The translations under genes were made by a program, and so were the position numbers. The notes below the pieces were generated by a model. The model searched no databases and had not been told where the DNA came from. It saw only the letters and a list, made by a program, of their open reading frames with translations. From a virus, in IMG/VR virus record IMGVR_UViG_3300045988_173800, positions 1 through 33,955 of that record: a stretch of 33,955 bases of DNA, one strand, 5' to 3'. Positions 1 through 7,411 of the stretch are shown one piece after another. The stretch's first letter is position 1, and each line of letters starts with the position of its first letter.

Positions 1-55
1 TGGTGCCTCGTCGGGGATTCGAACCCCGGACACCCTGCTTAAAAGGCAGGACAAA
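1..55 (-). repeat. attL: 55-bp direct repeat equal to the 3' part of tRNA-Lys(UUU); non-functional fragment
   Basis: The reverse complement reads anticodon arm CCTGC-CTTTTAA-GCAGG, variable loop GTGTC, T-arm CGGGG-TTCGAAT-CCCCG, acceptor ACGAGGC-A-CCA. The sequence at 56..76 cannot supply the complementary 5' acceptor strand GCCTCGT, so this copy is only a fragment. Confidence 0.85.
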
Positions 56-102
56 AGTCAATGTTTACAGCGCTTTTCAGATTTCTGCAATCAAATATGC
101 GC

Positions 103-1263
103 TCACGCCTTGCTTTCGGAATCTTGGACGTAGGCAATCAGTTTGTCGATAGACGCCTGCTTTTTTCGCTGGCGAAGATGCGTATAGATCGCGATGGTGG
201 TCTCAACGTGGGCGTGCCCGAGCAGGGCGCGGGCCGTGTGAACGTCGACGTCCGCCTCAAACAGCGTGGTCGCGTAGCCATGCCGCAGGACGTGCGGCGT
301 GAGCGTGTTCCGGTAGTGGTGCTTCAGGTACTTGTGCCCATTGACGCCCACCGTCTCGGTCGGCGCGTCCGTGAAAAAGCCCATATCCCGGCAGTAGTGG
401 TTCCAGTGCTTGAGATAGGTCGAGCGCGAGAGGAATTTTTTCGGGTCCTTGCCATGAAAAACATAGTCGTCCGGCTCGCCCTGCATCGGTCGGAGCAGGG
501 TCTCGGCAGGAGGCAGCAGCGGCAGCGTGCGGATGCCAGCCTCCGTTTTAGGATCGCCGACCTTGTGGACGCCGTGGTAGGAGAGATTTTTGGTGCAGGC
601 TATCTGCTTCGCCTTAAAATCAATGTCGCCCCATTGCAAGCCCAGCGCTTCACCGCGGCGCAGGCCGGTGTAAATCAGGAACAGGGCAAACTCGCCCCAG
701 TACGCCTCTCCTGCGCGGGCTTTGATCGCGTCCACGATATCGTCTTCCGGCGCTTCCCTTTTCTGCGCCGCTTTCGCGCCGGTCGGTATCGCAATGCCGA
801 GCGCCGGATTGGTCTTGACGGTCTGGCCGAAGATCGAGTCGGCCACGGCGAAAGCGAAAATACTCTTGTAGACCGTTCGCTGGGCGCGGATCGTGCGCAC
901 AGAATAGTCGGCCTCCTTCATTGCCTGCAGGTGCGCGGCGATGTTGCTGGTGAGGACCTCATCGGCGGGGACGTCGCCGAGCCGTTCGACCGCGCGCTCA
1001 TACGGTGCCTTGTAGCAGTCAATGGAGCCGTCGCGGTATTCCTTCCACTTTTTCTCCTGCCATGCCTCCGCGACGGTGCGGAAAAGCAGCTTCGTCGGCT
1101 GCTCCTTCGCCTGAATACGCCGGTACAGCTTCTCCGGGTCGCGGTCGCAGATCGTGTGCCGCGGGCCTTTCGGCAGACCGTCGGCGTCGAGCTCGTGCCA
1201 GTAGCCCTGATAACGGCCATCTGCGCGCAGCGTATAGAGCTTTTTATAATTGATTTTCGCCAT
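103..1263 (-). CDS. int: Tyrosine recombinase / phage integrase
   Basis: ORF 103..1308. Contains LRRGEALGLQWGDID (catalytic Arg region) and HVLRHGYAT...LLGHAHVETTIAIYTH (HxxR ... Y). Start trimmed to ATG 1263 (MAKINYKK) behind GGAGAGGA. Lies next to attL. Confidence 0.93.
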   Translation of the reverse strand: MAKINYKKLYTLRADGRYQGYWHELDADGLPKGPRHTICDRDPEKLYRRIQAKEQPTKLLFRTVAEAWQEKKWKEYRDGSIDCYKAPYERAVERLGDVPADEVLTSNIAAHLQAMKEADYSVRTIRAQRTVYKSIFAFAVADSIFGQTVKTNPALGIAIPTGAKAAQKREAPEDDIVDAIKARAGEAYWGEFALFLIYTGLRRGEALGLQWGDIDFKAKQIACTKNLSYHGVHKVGDPKTEAGIRTLPLLPPAETLLRPMQGEPDDYVFHGKDPKKFLSRSTYLKHWNHYCRDMGFFTDAPTETVGVNGHKYLKHHYRNTLTPHVLRHGYATTLFEADVDVHTARALLGHAHVETTIAIYTHLRQRKKQASIDKLIAYVQDSESKA

Positions 1264-1333
1264 GTGTCCTCTCCCCTGCGCTTGCGAAAATGGAACGACC
1301 GCCGCCATGCCGGGCGGCGGCCTTTTGCGTCAC

Positions 1334-1981
1334 TTAATAGCCATTCTGCTCGACGCCATAAACGGCTTGCTCATACGTAAATCCTTCGTATTCCAACTGC
1401 TCAATCAAACGCTCACGGGAAAACGACGAATGCTTTAAGTAGCTTGCCGCTTTCCCTGCAGCCTGCTCCTTCCAGTCTGCACCGCAGCTATCCGCGCCAT
1501 AGACGGCTTGTTCATGCGTAAACTCCTCATATTCAAGCTGCTCGATCAGCCCGTTGTATGAAAAGTTGGAATAGCTCAAATAACCGAGTGCTTTTCCTGC
1601 GGCCTGCTCGTTCCAGTTTGCACCGCAGTTATCCGCAGCAAAGGTAGCTTCGGACAGCGAATATCCTTCATATTCCAGCTGCCCCACTAACCCATCATGC
1701 GAAAAATTAGAGTGGCTTAAATATCGCTTTGCCGTTTTCAGGGCGTTTTTCTCTCCCATTGTCGCATCCGGAAATTCCTCAACGGGCTCTGGCTCAGATG
1801 TCGGAATGTCTTTCGGCTGCGCTGCCGTGGAGGTTGAAGTGCTTGACTGGCTCGGCAGATCTGATGACTGGCTGCGGTTTTCACGCCCATTTCTACCGAT
1901 GCTGCTGAGGATGAAAAGTGCAACTAAGACAATGAACCAAGTGCGCTTGTAAAAGGGCTTTTTCTGCTTTTCTTCGCTCAT
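1334..1981 (-). CDS. ltp: Ltp-family (TP-J34 Ltp-like) putative superinfection-exclusion protein, N-terminal TM anchor plus three Ltp repeats
   Basis: Three tandem repeats of the type YLxxSxFSxxGLxxQLEYEGFxxEQAxYGxxxxGxxW. N-terminal TWFIVLVALFILSSI helix. ATG 1981 (MSEEKQKK) behind GGAGGG. Classic position between int and the repressor. Confidence 0.85.
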   Translation of the reverse strand: MSEEKQKKPFYKRTWFIVLVALFILSSIGRNGRENRSQSSDLPSQSSTSTSTAAQPKDIPTSEPEPVEEFPDATMGEKNALKTAKRYLSHSNFSHDGLVGQLEYEGYSLSEATFAADNCGANWNEQAAGKALGYLSYSNFSYNGLIEQLEYEEFTHEQAVYGADSCGADWKEQAAGKAASYLKHSSFSRERLIEQLEYEGFTYEQAVYGVEQNGY

Positions 1982-1995
1982 GTCGTCCCTCCCTC

Positions 1996-2012
1996 GTGCC
2001 CGAATCGGGCAC
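1996..2012. repeat. 17-bp palindrome GTGCCCGAATCGGGCAC, copy 1 (intergenic, 5' of ltp-like gene)
   Basis: Exact 8+1+8 palindrome, followed on the plus strand by AATTTTTTATATTTT. It lies 15 nt upstream of the ltp-like start codon. Confidence 0.95.
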
Positions 2013-2234
2013 AATTTTTTATATTTTCCCGCAGGTTAACGGGAATTTAACGGTTTCTCTGCTTTTTTCGACAGAATCTTGTCAAAAAAGGTGCTATGGT
2101 AAAAGTACACGCAGGTGCTCCGGAGGTGTCAGCTCGCCTGCGCAGGCCCCGTCGTCAGTTGCAGGGGCGGCGGGGCCGCTTTACAATGGAATATCTGGCC
2201 GGTCTAAAATACGAGTAAAGAGAGGTACATAGAC

Positions 2235-2402
2235 ATGTCAGATCAGCACAGCGCGCCGCAGGACTTGACCGAGTTACACCAACGCCTCATCGAGAAATAC
2301 CGGCGGCTTACGCCGGAAAACCGTGGGCGTCTCATGGCCTATCTTGAGACGATAGCAGCAGGTCCAGATATTCCTCCAGTTTTTCCCGATTCCGCGCGCT
2401 GA
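2235..2402 (+). CDS. Possible 55-aa small ORF convergent with, and overlapping, the repressor 3' end
   Basis: Hand translation: MSDQHSAPQDLTELHQRLIEKYRRLTPENRGRLMAYLETIAAGPDIPPVFPDSAR. AGAGAGG lies 9 nt upstream. Below the 60-aa cut-off of the ORF track. Confidence 0.3.
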   Translation: MSDQHSAPQDLTELHQRLIEKYRRLTPENRGRLMAYLETIAAGPDIPPVFPDSAR

Positions 2403-2658
2403 GCGCGTCATACCCGGCCAGCAGCCTGTCCTCCTCCGAGGGCGGGCTGCTTTTCTGCGCCTCGCCGAGCAGGTCGGAGGTGGTGACGCCGAGATACTGC
2501 GCGAGCAGCTGCACCTTTGCGACGGACGGAACAATCCCCTGCGCGACTTGGCTCATCAAGCTCTTGCCTGCGCCACTTTCTCGGCAGGCAACCGTAGGGG
2601 CAACGCCTTTTATCGCACAGTATTTTTTTACATTTTGCACAAAGACGTTTGCGTCCAT
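2332..2658 (-). CDS. XRE-family HTH repressor (cI-like)
   Basis: ORF 2332..2697. HTH region KKYCAIKGVAPTVACRESGAGKSLMSQVAQG. Start trimmed to ATG 2658 (MDANVF) behind AGGAG. Divergent from the early operon. Confidence 0.85.
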   Translation of the reverse strand: MDANVFVQNVKKYCAIKGVAPTVACRESGAGKSLMSQVAQGIVPSVAKVQLLAQYLGVTTSDLLGEAQKSSPPSEEDRLLAGYDALSARNREKLEEYLDLLLSSQDRP

Positions 2659-2671
2659 TCGGGCAACTCCT

Positions 2672-2746
2672 AATCCAATATTTGAGATTTTGCACAAAGT
2701 TTCAAAAATGGGATATTACGGTATTGACAATCCAAAATATTGGATT
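2672..2746. promoter_or_regulatory. Putative operator half-sites AATCCAA(T/A)AT in the divergent control region
   Basis: AATCCAATATT at 2672..2682. Imperfect palindrome AATCCAAAATATTGGATT at 2729..2746 fills the spacer of the rightward promoter. A weak leftward promoter candidate is TTGAAA (2705..2700), 17 nt, AATATT (2682..2677). Confidence 0.45.
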
Positions 2747-2752
2747 TAAGAT
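2724..2752 (+). promoter_or_regulatory. Rightward early promoter (sigma-70 type)
   Basis: TTGACA (2724..2729), 17-nt spacer, TAAGAT (2747..2752), upstream of the first plus-strand gene. Confidence 0.65.
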
Positions 2753-2803
2753 AGGCATACAAGGTAAACGCAAGGTTTACACGAAACGAAAGGAGAGAAA
2801 AAC

Positions 2804-3052
2804 ATGAACGAGTTTGAGATTAGCATTAAGTCCGCGCCCCACGGCTCGGTCGTCACCGTGCAGGGGAGCACGCCGACCATCGTTGTCGAGTTTGGCATCC
2901 TTGCAAACTCCATCAGCGAGAGGTGCGGCATCCCGCGCGAGCTGCTGATGATGGCGGTCATGAAGTGTGCGGAAATGGAGAGAGAGCTCTCATCCGGCAG
3001 CGTCTGTATCGACAAGGGCGCGATCGACCGCGCGCGTGGCGGCGAAAAGTAA
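2804..3052 (+). CDS. Hypothetical early protein (82 aa)
   Basis: ORF with GAAAGGAGAG RBS. It is the first gene after the early promoter. No recognisable motif. Confidence 0.6.
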   Translation: MNEFEISIKSAPHGSVVTVQGSTPTIVVEFGILANSISERCGIPRELLMMAVMKCAEMERELSSGSVCIDKGAIDRARGGEK

Positions 3053-3114
3053 ATCCACAATTTACTGTATATCACAAATTTCATGCAAAATCAAGAGAAA
3101 GGACGTGACAAGAA

Positions 3115-3393
3115 TTGACAAGATTCCGCATCCGGGAGCTGCGCGAGGCGCGCGGAGTAAGCCAGTACGGACTGGCCCGCCGGCTCGGCGTGACCAAGAT
3201 GGCGGTCAGCCGGTGGGAGAGCGGTGCGGCCATGCCGACGGCGGACAAGCTGCCGACCATCGCCGCGCTGCTGGAGTGTGAGGTCAACGACCTCTACGAC
3301 GACGAGACGCTTCGCGCGGCGAGCGAGGCGGCGAGGGCCGCGGTGGCGGCCAAGGGCGCGGCCGACGCGAGAGCGCTGGCCGCAGGAAAGTGA
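3115..3393 (+). CDS. XRE-family HTH regulator (Cro-like)
   Basis: IRELREARGVSQYGLARRLGVTKMAVSRWESG is a canonical HTH_3 pattern. TTG start is the first possible in-frame start. Confidence 0.75.
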   Translation: MTRFRIRELREARGVSQYGLARRLGVTKMAVSRWESGAAMPTADKLPTIAALLECEVNDLYDDETLRAASEAARAAVAAKGAADARALAAGK

Positions 3394-3403
3394 GGAGGGC
3401 GTT

Positions 3404-3595
3404 ATGCCAAGGGAAAAGGAGACCTACCGCGCGGTTCTGGCGGACCTTTTGGAGTATACCGGAAACCGCCGCTTGCTGACGGCAAAGGACGTCGGGGGCT
3501 ACCTCGGCATCGACCCGCGCACCGCCGCGCAGCGCTACTGCATCGACCGCCGCGGGATCGCGGCCCCGGTGCTGGCATCCATGCTGGCCCGCTAA
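3404..3595 (+). CDS. Small DNA-binding-like protein (63 aa; excisionase/HTH-like is a guess)
   Basis: ATG 3404 behind GGAGGG, within ORF 3224..3595. LLTAKDVGGYLGIDPRTAAQRY resembles an HTH_17/Xis-type helix. Confidence 0.5.
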   Translation: MPREKETYRAVLADLLEYTGNRRLLTAKDVGGYLGIDPRTAAQRYCIDRRGIAAPVLASMLAR

Positions 3596-3627
3596 ATCGA
3601 CATTACCACAAAGGAGGAATGATAACA

Positions 3628-4194
3628 ATGGCAGCGTTATACCCAAATATCTATAAAAGGGCGCGCAAGGTGACCCTTTTGACGCAGGAGGAGGCGGCGG
3701 AGCGGCTGCACATCTCGCCCGAAACGCTCAAGCGCTACGAGGGCGGACGGCTCACACCGCCGGACGAGACCGTGGCGCGGATGTGCGAGGTCTACGGCGC
3801 GAGGTGGCTGGCGCTGGAGCACGCGCAGGCGACCGACCGGCTCGGCATCCTGCCGGAGCTGGAGCCCAAGCCCCTGCCGATGGCGACCATCTCGCTGACC
3901 AACCGACTGCGCGACGCAGCGGACCGGCTGGCCGGATTGCTCCGCATCGCCGAGGACGGCGTGATCGACGACGCGGAGCGCCCGGAGTTTGACGACATCG
4001 TGCAGGATCTGCGCGAGACCATCGCCGCGGCCTATCAGGTGATCTACGCGGACGGCGCAAAAAAAGAACGCCCCGAGGCTGGCACCTCGAAGCGTTCACG
4101 CTCTCAGAGAAAAACCTCTGAAAACCATTGCAAGGCTATTGTACCGCAGAAAAAGAGAAATGTCAAGGCTCTCCGAGAGGAGGCGCGCGCATGA
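3628..4194 (+). CDS. XRE-type HTH protein with C-terminal extension
   Basis: LLTQEEAAERLHISPETLKRYEGG HTH motif. ATG 3628 is 10 nt after AGGAGG; the ORF track start is 3619. Confidence 0.7.
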   Translation: MAALYPNIYKRARKVTLLTQEEAAERLHISPETLKRYEGGRLTPPDETVARMCEVYGARWLALEHAQATDRLGILPELEPKPLPMATISLTNRLRDAADRLAGLLRIAEDGVIDDAERPEFDDIVQDLRETIAAAYQVIYADGAKKERPEAGTSKRSRSQRKTSENHCKAIVPQKKRNVKALREEARA

Positions 4195-4319
4195 CGGGAC
4201 TGGACATCTTCCTGATCCTCGTCGGCGTCACGTCTCTCACGGAGCGGCTGATGAAGATCATCGTTTATTTGGATGGAGGAAAGTATGAGCGAGGGCGTAA
4301 TAAAGTCCGGCCATCGTGA
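4191..4319 (+). CDS. Possible 42-aa hydrophobic peptide
   Basis: ATGA overlap with the previous stop and GAGGAGG 8 nt upstream. Product MTGLDIFLILVGVTSLTERL... It overlaps the next gene start by 35 nt. Confidence 0.4.
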   Translation: MTGLDIFLILVGVTSLTERLMKIIVYLDGGKYERGRNKVRPS

Positions 4320-5073
4320 GCCGTTTACCGTCCTGTATAAGTCCGCGATCCGAGACACGCGCCTGAGCTTTGAAATGCTCGGATTTTTGACCTATATGCT
4401 GGACAAGCCTCCCGATTGGGAGTTCACCATCTCCGGCATGGCAAAGGAGCGCGGCGTTGGCAAGGACACGGTGCGCCGCCTTGTGGGACGGCTTGAGGAG
4501 GTCGGTTATCTGATGCGCGAGCAATCGCATGACGGCAGCGGGCGCTTTTCCGCGAACACCTACGTTTTGCAGGAAAAGCCACCGTTGTCGGAAAACACCG
4601 ACAACGGTGAAAGCCGTCGTCGGGAAACACCGTCAACGGAGTTTCCGACCCAAAGTAAGAACGTAGAGACTAAAGATTATATTATACCCCCCTATAGTCC
4701 CCCCAAGGGGGACGGCGCGGAGCCGAGAAAACGGCGCAGCAAAACGACGCCGACATGGAAGCCGGAGCGCTTTGAGGGCTTCTGGGCCTACTATCCCCGC
4801 GGGGAGAACCGCATGGGCGCGGTGCGCGCCTGGGACAAGCTCAAGCCGGACGACGCGCTGATCGACACCATCGGCCGAGCGCTGCAGGTACTCAAGGCCT
4901 CGCCCGCGTGGCGGGACGGCGTCGGCATCCCCTACGCCTCGACCTTCCTCAACGGCCGGCGCTGGGAGGACGCCAAGGCCAAGCGTCCGGCGCAGAGCGC
5001 CAAGGCGCAGCCGGTGCGCCGCATCGAGCAGCCGCCGGATAGTCAGGACGGAGGGTGGACATGGGCCGAGTAG
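4285..5073 (+). CDS. Putative replication initiator / replisome organiser (winged-helix N-terminus)
   Basis: N-terminal LSFEMLGFLTYMLDKPPDWEFTISGMAKERGVGKDTVRRLVGRLEEVGYL (wHTH-like). Internal iterons plus an AT-rich tract. Lies immediately upstream of DnaB. Confidence 0.65.
   Translation: MSEGVIKSGHREPFTVLYKSAIRDTRLSFEMLGFLTYMLDKPPDWEFTISGMAKERGVGKDTVRRLVGRLEEVGYLMREQSHDGSGRFSANTYVLQEKPPLSENTDNGESRRRETPSTEFPTQSKNVETKDYIIPPYSPPKGDGAEPRKRRSKTTPTWKPERFEGFWAYYPRGENRMGAVRAWDKLKPDDALIDTIGRALQVLKASPAWRDGVGIPYASTFLNGRRWEDAKAKRPAQSAKAQPVRRIEQPPDSQDGGWTWAE
4580..4690. other. Putative origin of replication inside the organiser gene
   Basis: Perfect 12-bp inverted repeat CACCGTTGTCGG (4580..4591) / CCGACAACGGTG (4598..4609). 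Direct repeats GAAAACACCGACAACGG (4591..4607) and GAAACACCGTCAACGG (4624..4639). These are followed by the AT-rich stretch TAAGAACGTAGAGACTAAAGATTATATTATA. Confidence 0.5.
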
Positions 5074-6413
5074 ACGCGCAGCCAAGCGCCGGTTTGGAAG
5101 CCGAGCGCGCTGTGCTCGGCGCGATGCTGATCGACGAGAGCATCGTCAGTCAGGTGCTCGCCGAGGTGGACGAGCGCGACTTCACCAGCACGTCCAACCG
5201 GCTGATCTTCCAGGCGGCGCGCGAGGTGTTCCGCGAGGGCGGGCACGCCGACGCCATCACGATCAACGCGAAGCTCGGCTATGCCTCCGGCTCGCCGCAG
5301 CAGCAACAGCTCATCGACCTGATGGAGGTCACGCCCACAAGCGCGAGCTGGCGCGAATATGCGCAGCTTATGCGCGAGCAGGCGGCGCTGGGCCGCATCC
5401 GCGCCCTCTCGGCGCAGATCAACGGCGCGGCTACGCTTGACGACGTCCGTCCGCTGCTCTCGGAGCTGCAAGCGCAGATGACCTCGCGGCGCGGCGTGAA
5501 GGTCGTGCCGATGCTGGAGCTTTTGCAGGATTTCTCCGCCCGCCACGCGAGCGGTGCAGCCGCGGACTATGTGGGCTTCGGGCTGGACGTGCTTGACCAC
5601 AACAGTTTCATCCGGCGCGGCGACGTGGTGGTGCTGGGCGGCTACCCGAGCGACGGAAAGACGGCCCTTGCCCTGATGATGGCCTATCACATGGCCAAGA
5701 CGCTCAAGGTCGGCTTTTTCAGCCTCGAAACGTCCGCCGGCAAGATCGGCGACCGCATCGTGACGCAGGGCATGAAGATCGACTTCGACTCGATCAAGCG
5801 CAGCCGCCTGACCGACCGCGACTGGGGCACCTTCGCGGTCTGTTCGGAGGATGCAGTCAAACGCCAGCTTGACGTGATCCAGGCGAGCGGCATGACCGCC
5901 GGCGACATCATGGCCGAGGCCATCACCTACGGCTACGAGGTGATCTTTGTGGACTACGTCCAGCTGGTCGTCCCCGAAGGCAACCCGCGCGACCTGCGCA
6001 GCGAGCAGATGGCGACCGTTTCCCGCGCGCTGCACACCTTCGCCCAGAGCCGCGGCGTGCTGGTGGTGGAGCTGGCGCAGCTTAGCCGACCCGAGCGCGG
6101 GGCATGGCGCGCGCCGGATATGCACGACCTCAAGGAGACGGGCCAATTCGAGCAGGACGCGGACCTCATCGTCATGGTCTACCGGCCCGACCCCAAGCAG
6201 AACTACTCGCAGGAGAAATGCCGCGTCATCCAGATCGCCAAGAGCAAGGAGGGCCGGCGCGGCAAGGGCGTGTTTGCTTTTGACGGCAAGCATCAGACCT
6301 TCGCGCTCTACACTCGCGATGACGAGAAGGGCCGGAAGGAGAAAACGGACGGCGAAGCGCCCGGTCAGATGGCGCTTGAGGAAGTGCCAGAGGACAAGAA
6401 CGCGCCGTTCTGA
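5061..6413 (+). CDS. dnaB: Replicative DNA helicase DnaB
   Basis: N-terminal AERAVLGAMLIDESIV, Walker A GGYPSDGKTALAL, Walker B VIFVDYVQL, and ELAQLSRPER. ATG 5061 behind GGAGGG. Confidence 0.92.
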   Translation: MGRVDAQPSAGLEAERAVLGAMLIDESIVSQVLAEVDERDFTSTSNRLIFQAAREVFREGGHADAITINAKLGYASGSPQQQQLIDLMEVTPTSASWREYAQLMREQAALGRIRALSAQINGAATLDDVRPLLSELQAQMTSRRGVKVVPMLELLQDFSARHASGAAADYVGFGLDVLDHNSFIRRGDVVVLGGYPSDGKTALALMMAYHMAKTLKVGFFSLETSAGKIGDRIVTQGMKIDFDSIKRSRLTDRDWGTFAVCSEDAVKRQLDVIQASGMTAGDIMAEAITYGYEVIFVDYVQLVVPEGNPRDLRSEQMATVSRALHTFAQSRGVLVVELAQLSRPERGAWRAPDMHDLKETGQFEQDADLIVMVYRPDPKQNYSQEKCRVIQIAKSKEGRRGKGVFAFDGKHQTFALYTRDDEKGRKEKTDGEAPGQMALEEVPEDKNAPF

Positions 6414-6438
6414 AAATCGAGAGAAAGAGAGAAACGAC

Positions 6439-6624
6439 ATGCCAAGAATCGGAGATCTCCACGCCATTTTGGCGGACATCGGCGCGGCCATCGGCCCCGG
6501 ACATCGGGAGCTCCCGCGGCTGCTGCCCGGGCGCATCGTGTACATCGACCGCGCGCACCGCTGGTATCTCGTCGAGGCCGACCTCGGCGACGGAGTCAAG
6601 GTCCGCGAGGGCTTCAAATTTTGA
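6439..6624 (+). CDS. Hypothetical protein (61 aa)
   Basis: ATG 6439 within ORF frame 5947..6624. It fills the DnaB-ParA gap. RBS is weak. Confidence 0.45.
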   Translation: MPRIGDLHAILADIGAAIGPGHRELPRLLPGRIVYIDRAHRWYLVEADLGDGVKVREGFKF

Positions 6625-6644
6625 GAGAGAAACAGGAGAACGAC

Positions 6645-7409
6645 ATGAAAACCATTGCGATCATGAACAACAAGGGCGGCGTCGGCAAGACCGTTACCGC
6701 CATCAACCTCGCCGACATCCTTGTCGCGGACTACAAGCAGCGCGTGGTGCTGGTGGACTGCGACGGGCAGGCGAACCTGACGCGCTTTTTCCTGCCGGGG
6801 GCGGACAAGCTGGAGCTCACCACCACGGCGGACGTGCTGCGGGGCGACTGCGAGCCGCTGTGGAGCGACAACCTCGTGCCGATCCGACCAGGGCTTGACC
6901 TGCTGCCGAGCAGCTCCGACCTCTACGAGCTCGACCTGCAGGCGATCAAGGACGGCGTGAGCGCGCCGGAGCGTCTGCGTCACTTCGCCGAGGCCGCGGC
7001 TGCGGACAGTGAGGTGGACTGGATGATCTTCGACTGCCCGCCGGGCTACACGCTCGCGAGCGTCGCGGCGCTGCTGAGTGTGCGCGAGGTGATGATCCCC
7101 GCGCTTGCCGACAAGTTCTCGCTCGACGGCGTGTTTGCCGTGGCCGCGCAGCTGCGCGGCCTGAGCGCGGCCTGTCCGTCTCTGCGGTCCCGCGTGCTGC
7201 TGACGCAGACGCGCAGCGCGGAGGTCGTGGGCGAGTGTGAGAAGCTGCTGCGGTCGCAGCGCGTGCCGCTGTACCGCACGAAGATCCGCCGCACGGACAA
7301 GGTGCCGGAGAGCACGGTGACGCTCTCGCCGATGCGGGAGTACAGCCCGCACAGCAGCGCGGCGGTCGATTACCGCTGCCTTGCCGGCGAGCTGATGGAG
7401 GAGGTCTAA
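6645..7409 (+). CDS. parA: ParA/Soj-family partition ATPase
   Basis: Deviant Walker A in MKTIAIMNNKGGVGKTVTAINLA, then VVLVDCDGQANL. ATG 6645 behind AGGAG. Confidence 0.9.
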   Translation: MKTIAIMNNKGGVGKTVTAINLADILVADYKQRVVLVDCDGQANLTRFFLPGADKLELTTTADVLRGDCEPLWSDNLVPIRPGLDLLPSSSDLYELDLQAIKDGVSAPERLRHFAEAAAADSEVDWMIFDCPPGYTLASVAALLSVREVMIPALADKFSLDGVFAVAAQLRGLSAACPSLRSRVLLTQTRSAEVVGECEKLLRSQRVPLYRTKIRRTDKVPESTVTLSPMREYSPHSSAAVDYRCLAGELMEEV

Positions 7410-7411
7410 CA

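Noticed and set aside
1-76. Left att copy as a complete tRNA gene
   Set aside because: The sequence that would form the 5' half (reverse complement of 56..76) has no GCCTCGT acceptor strand or D-arm, so only the 3' 55 nt are tRNA-like.
61-1380. 439-aa plus-strand ORF overlapping the integrase
   Set aside because: It is antisense to an ORF carrying the complete tyrosine-recombinase catalytic signature, and it has Arg-rich composition.
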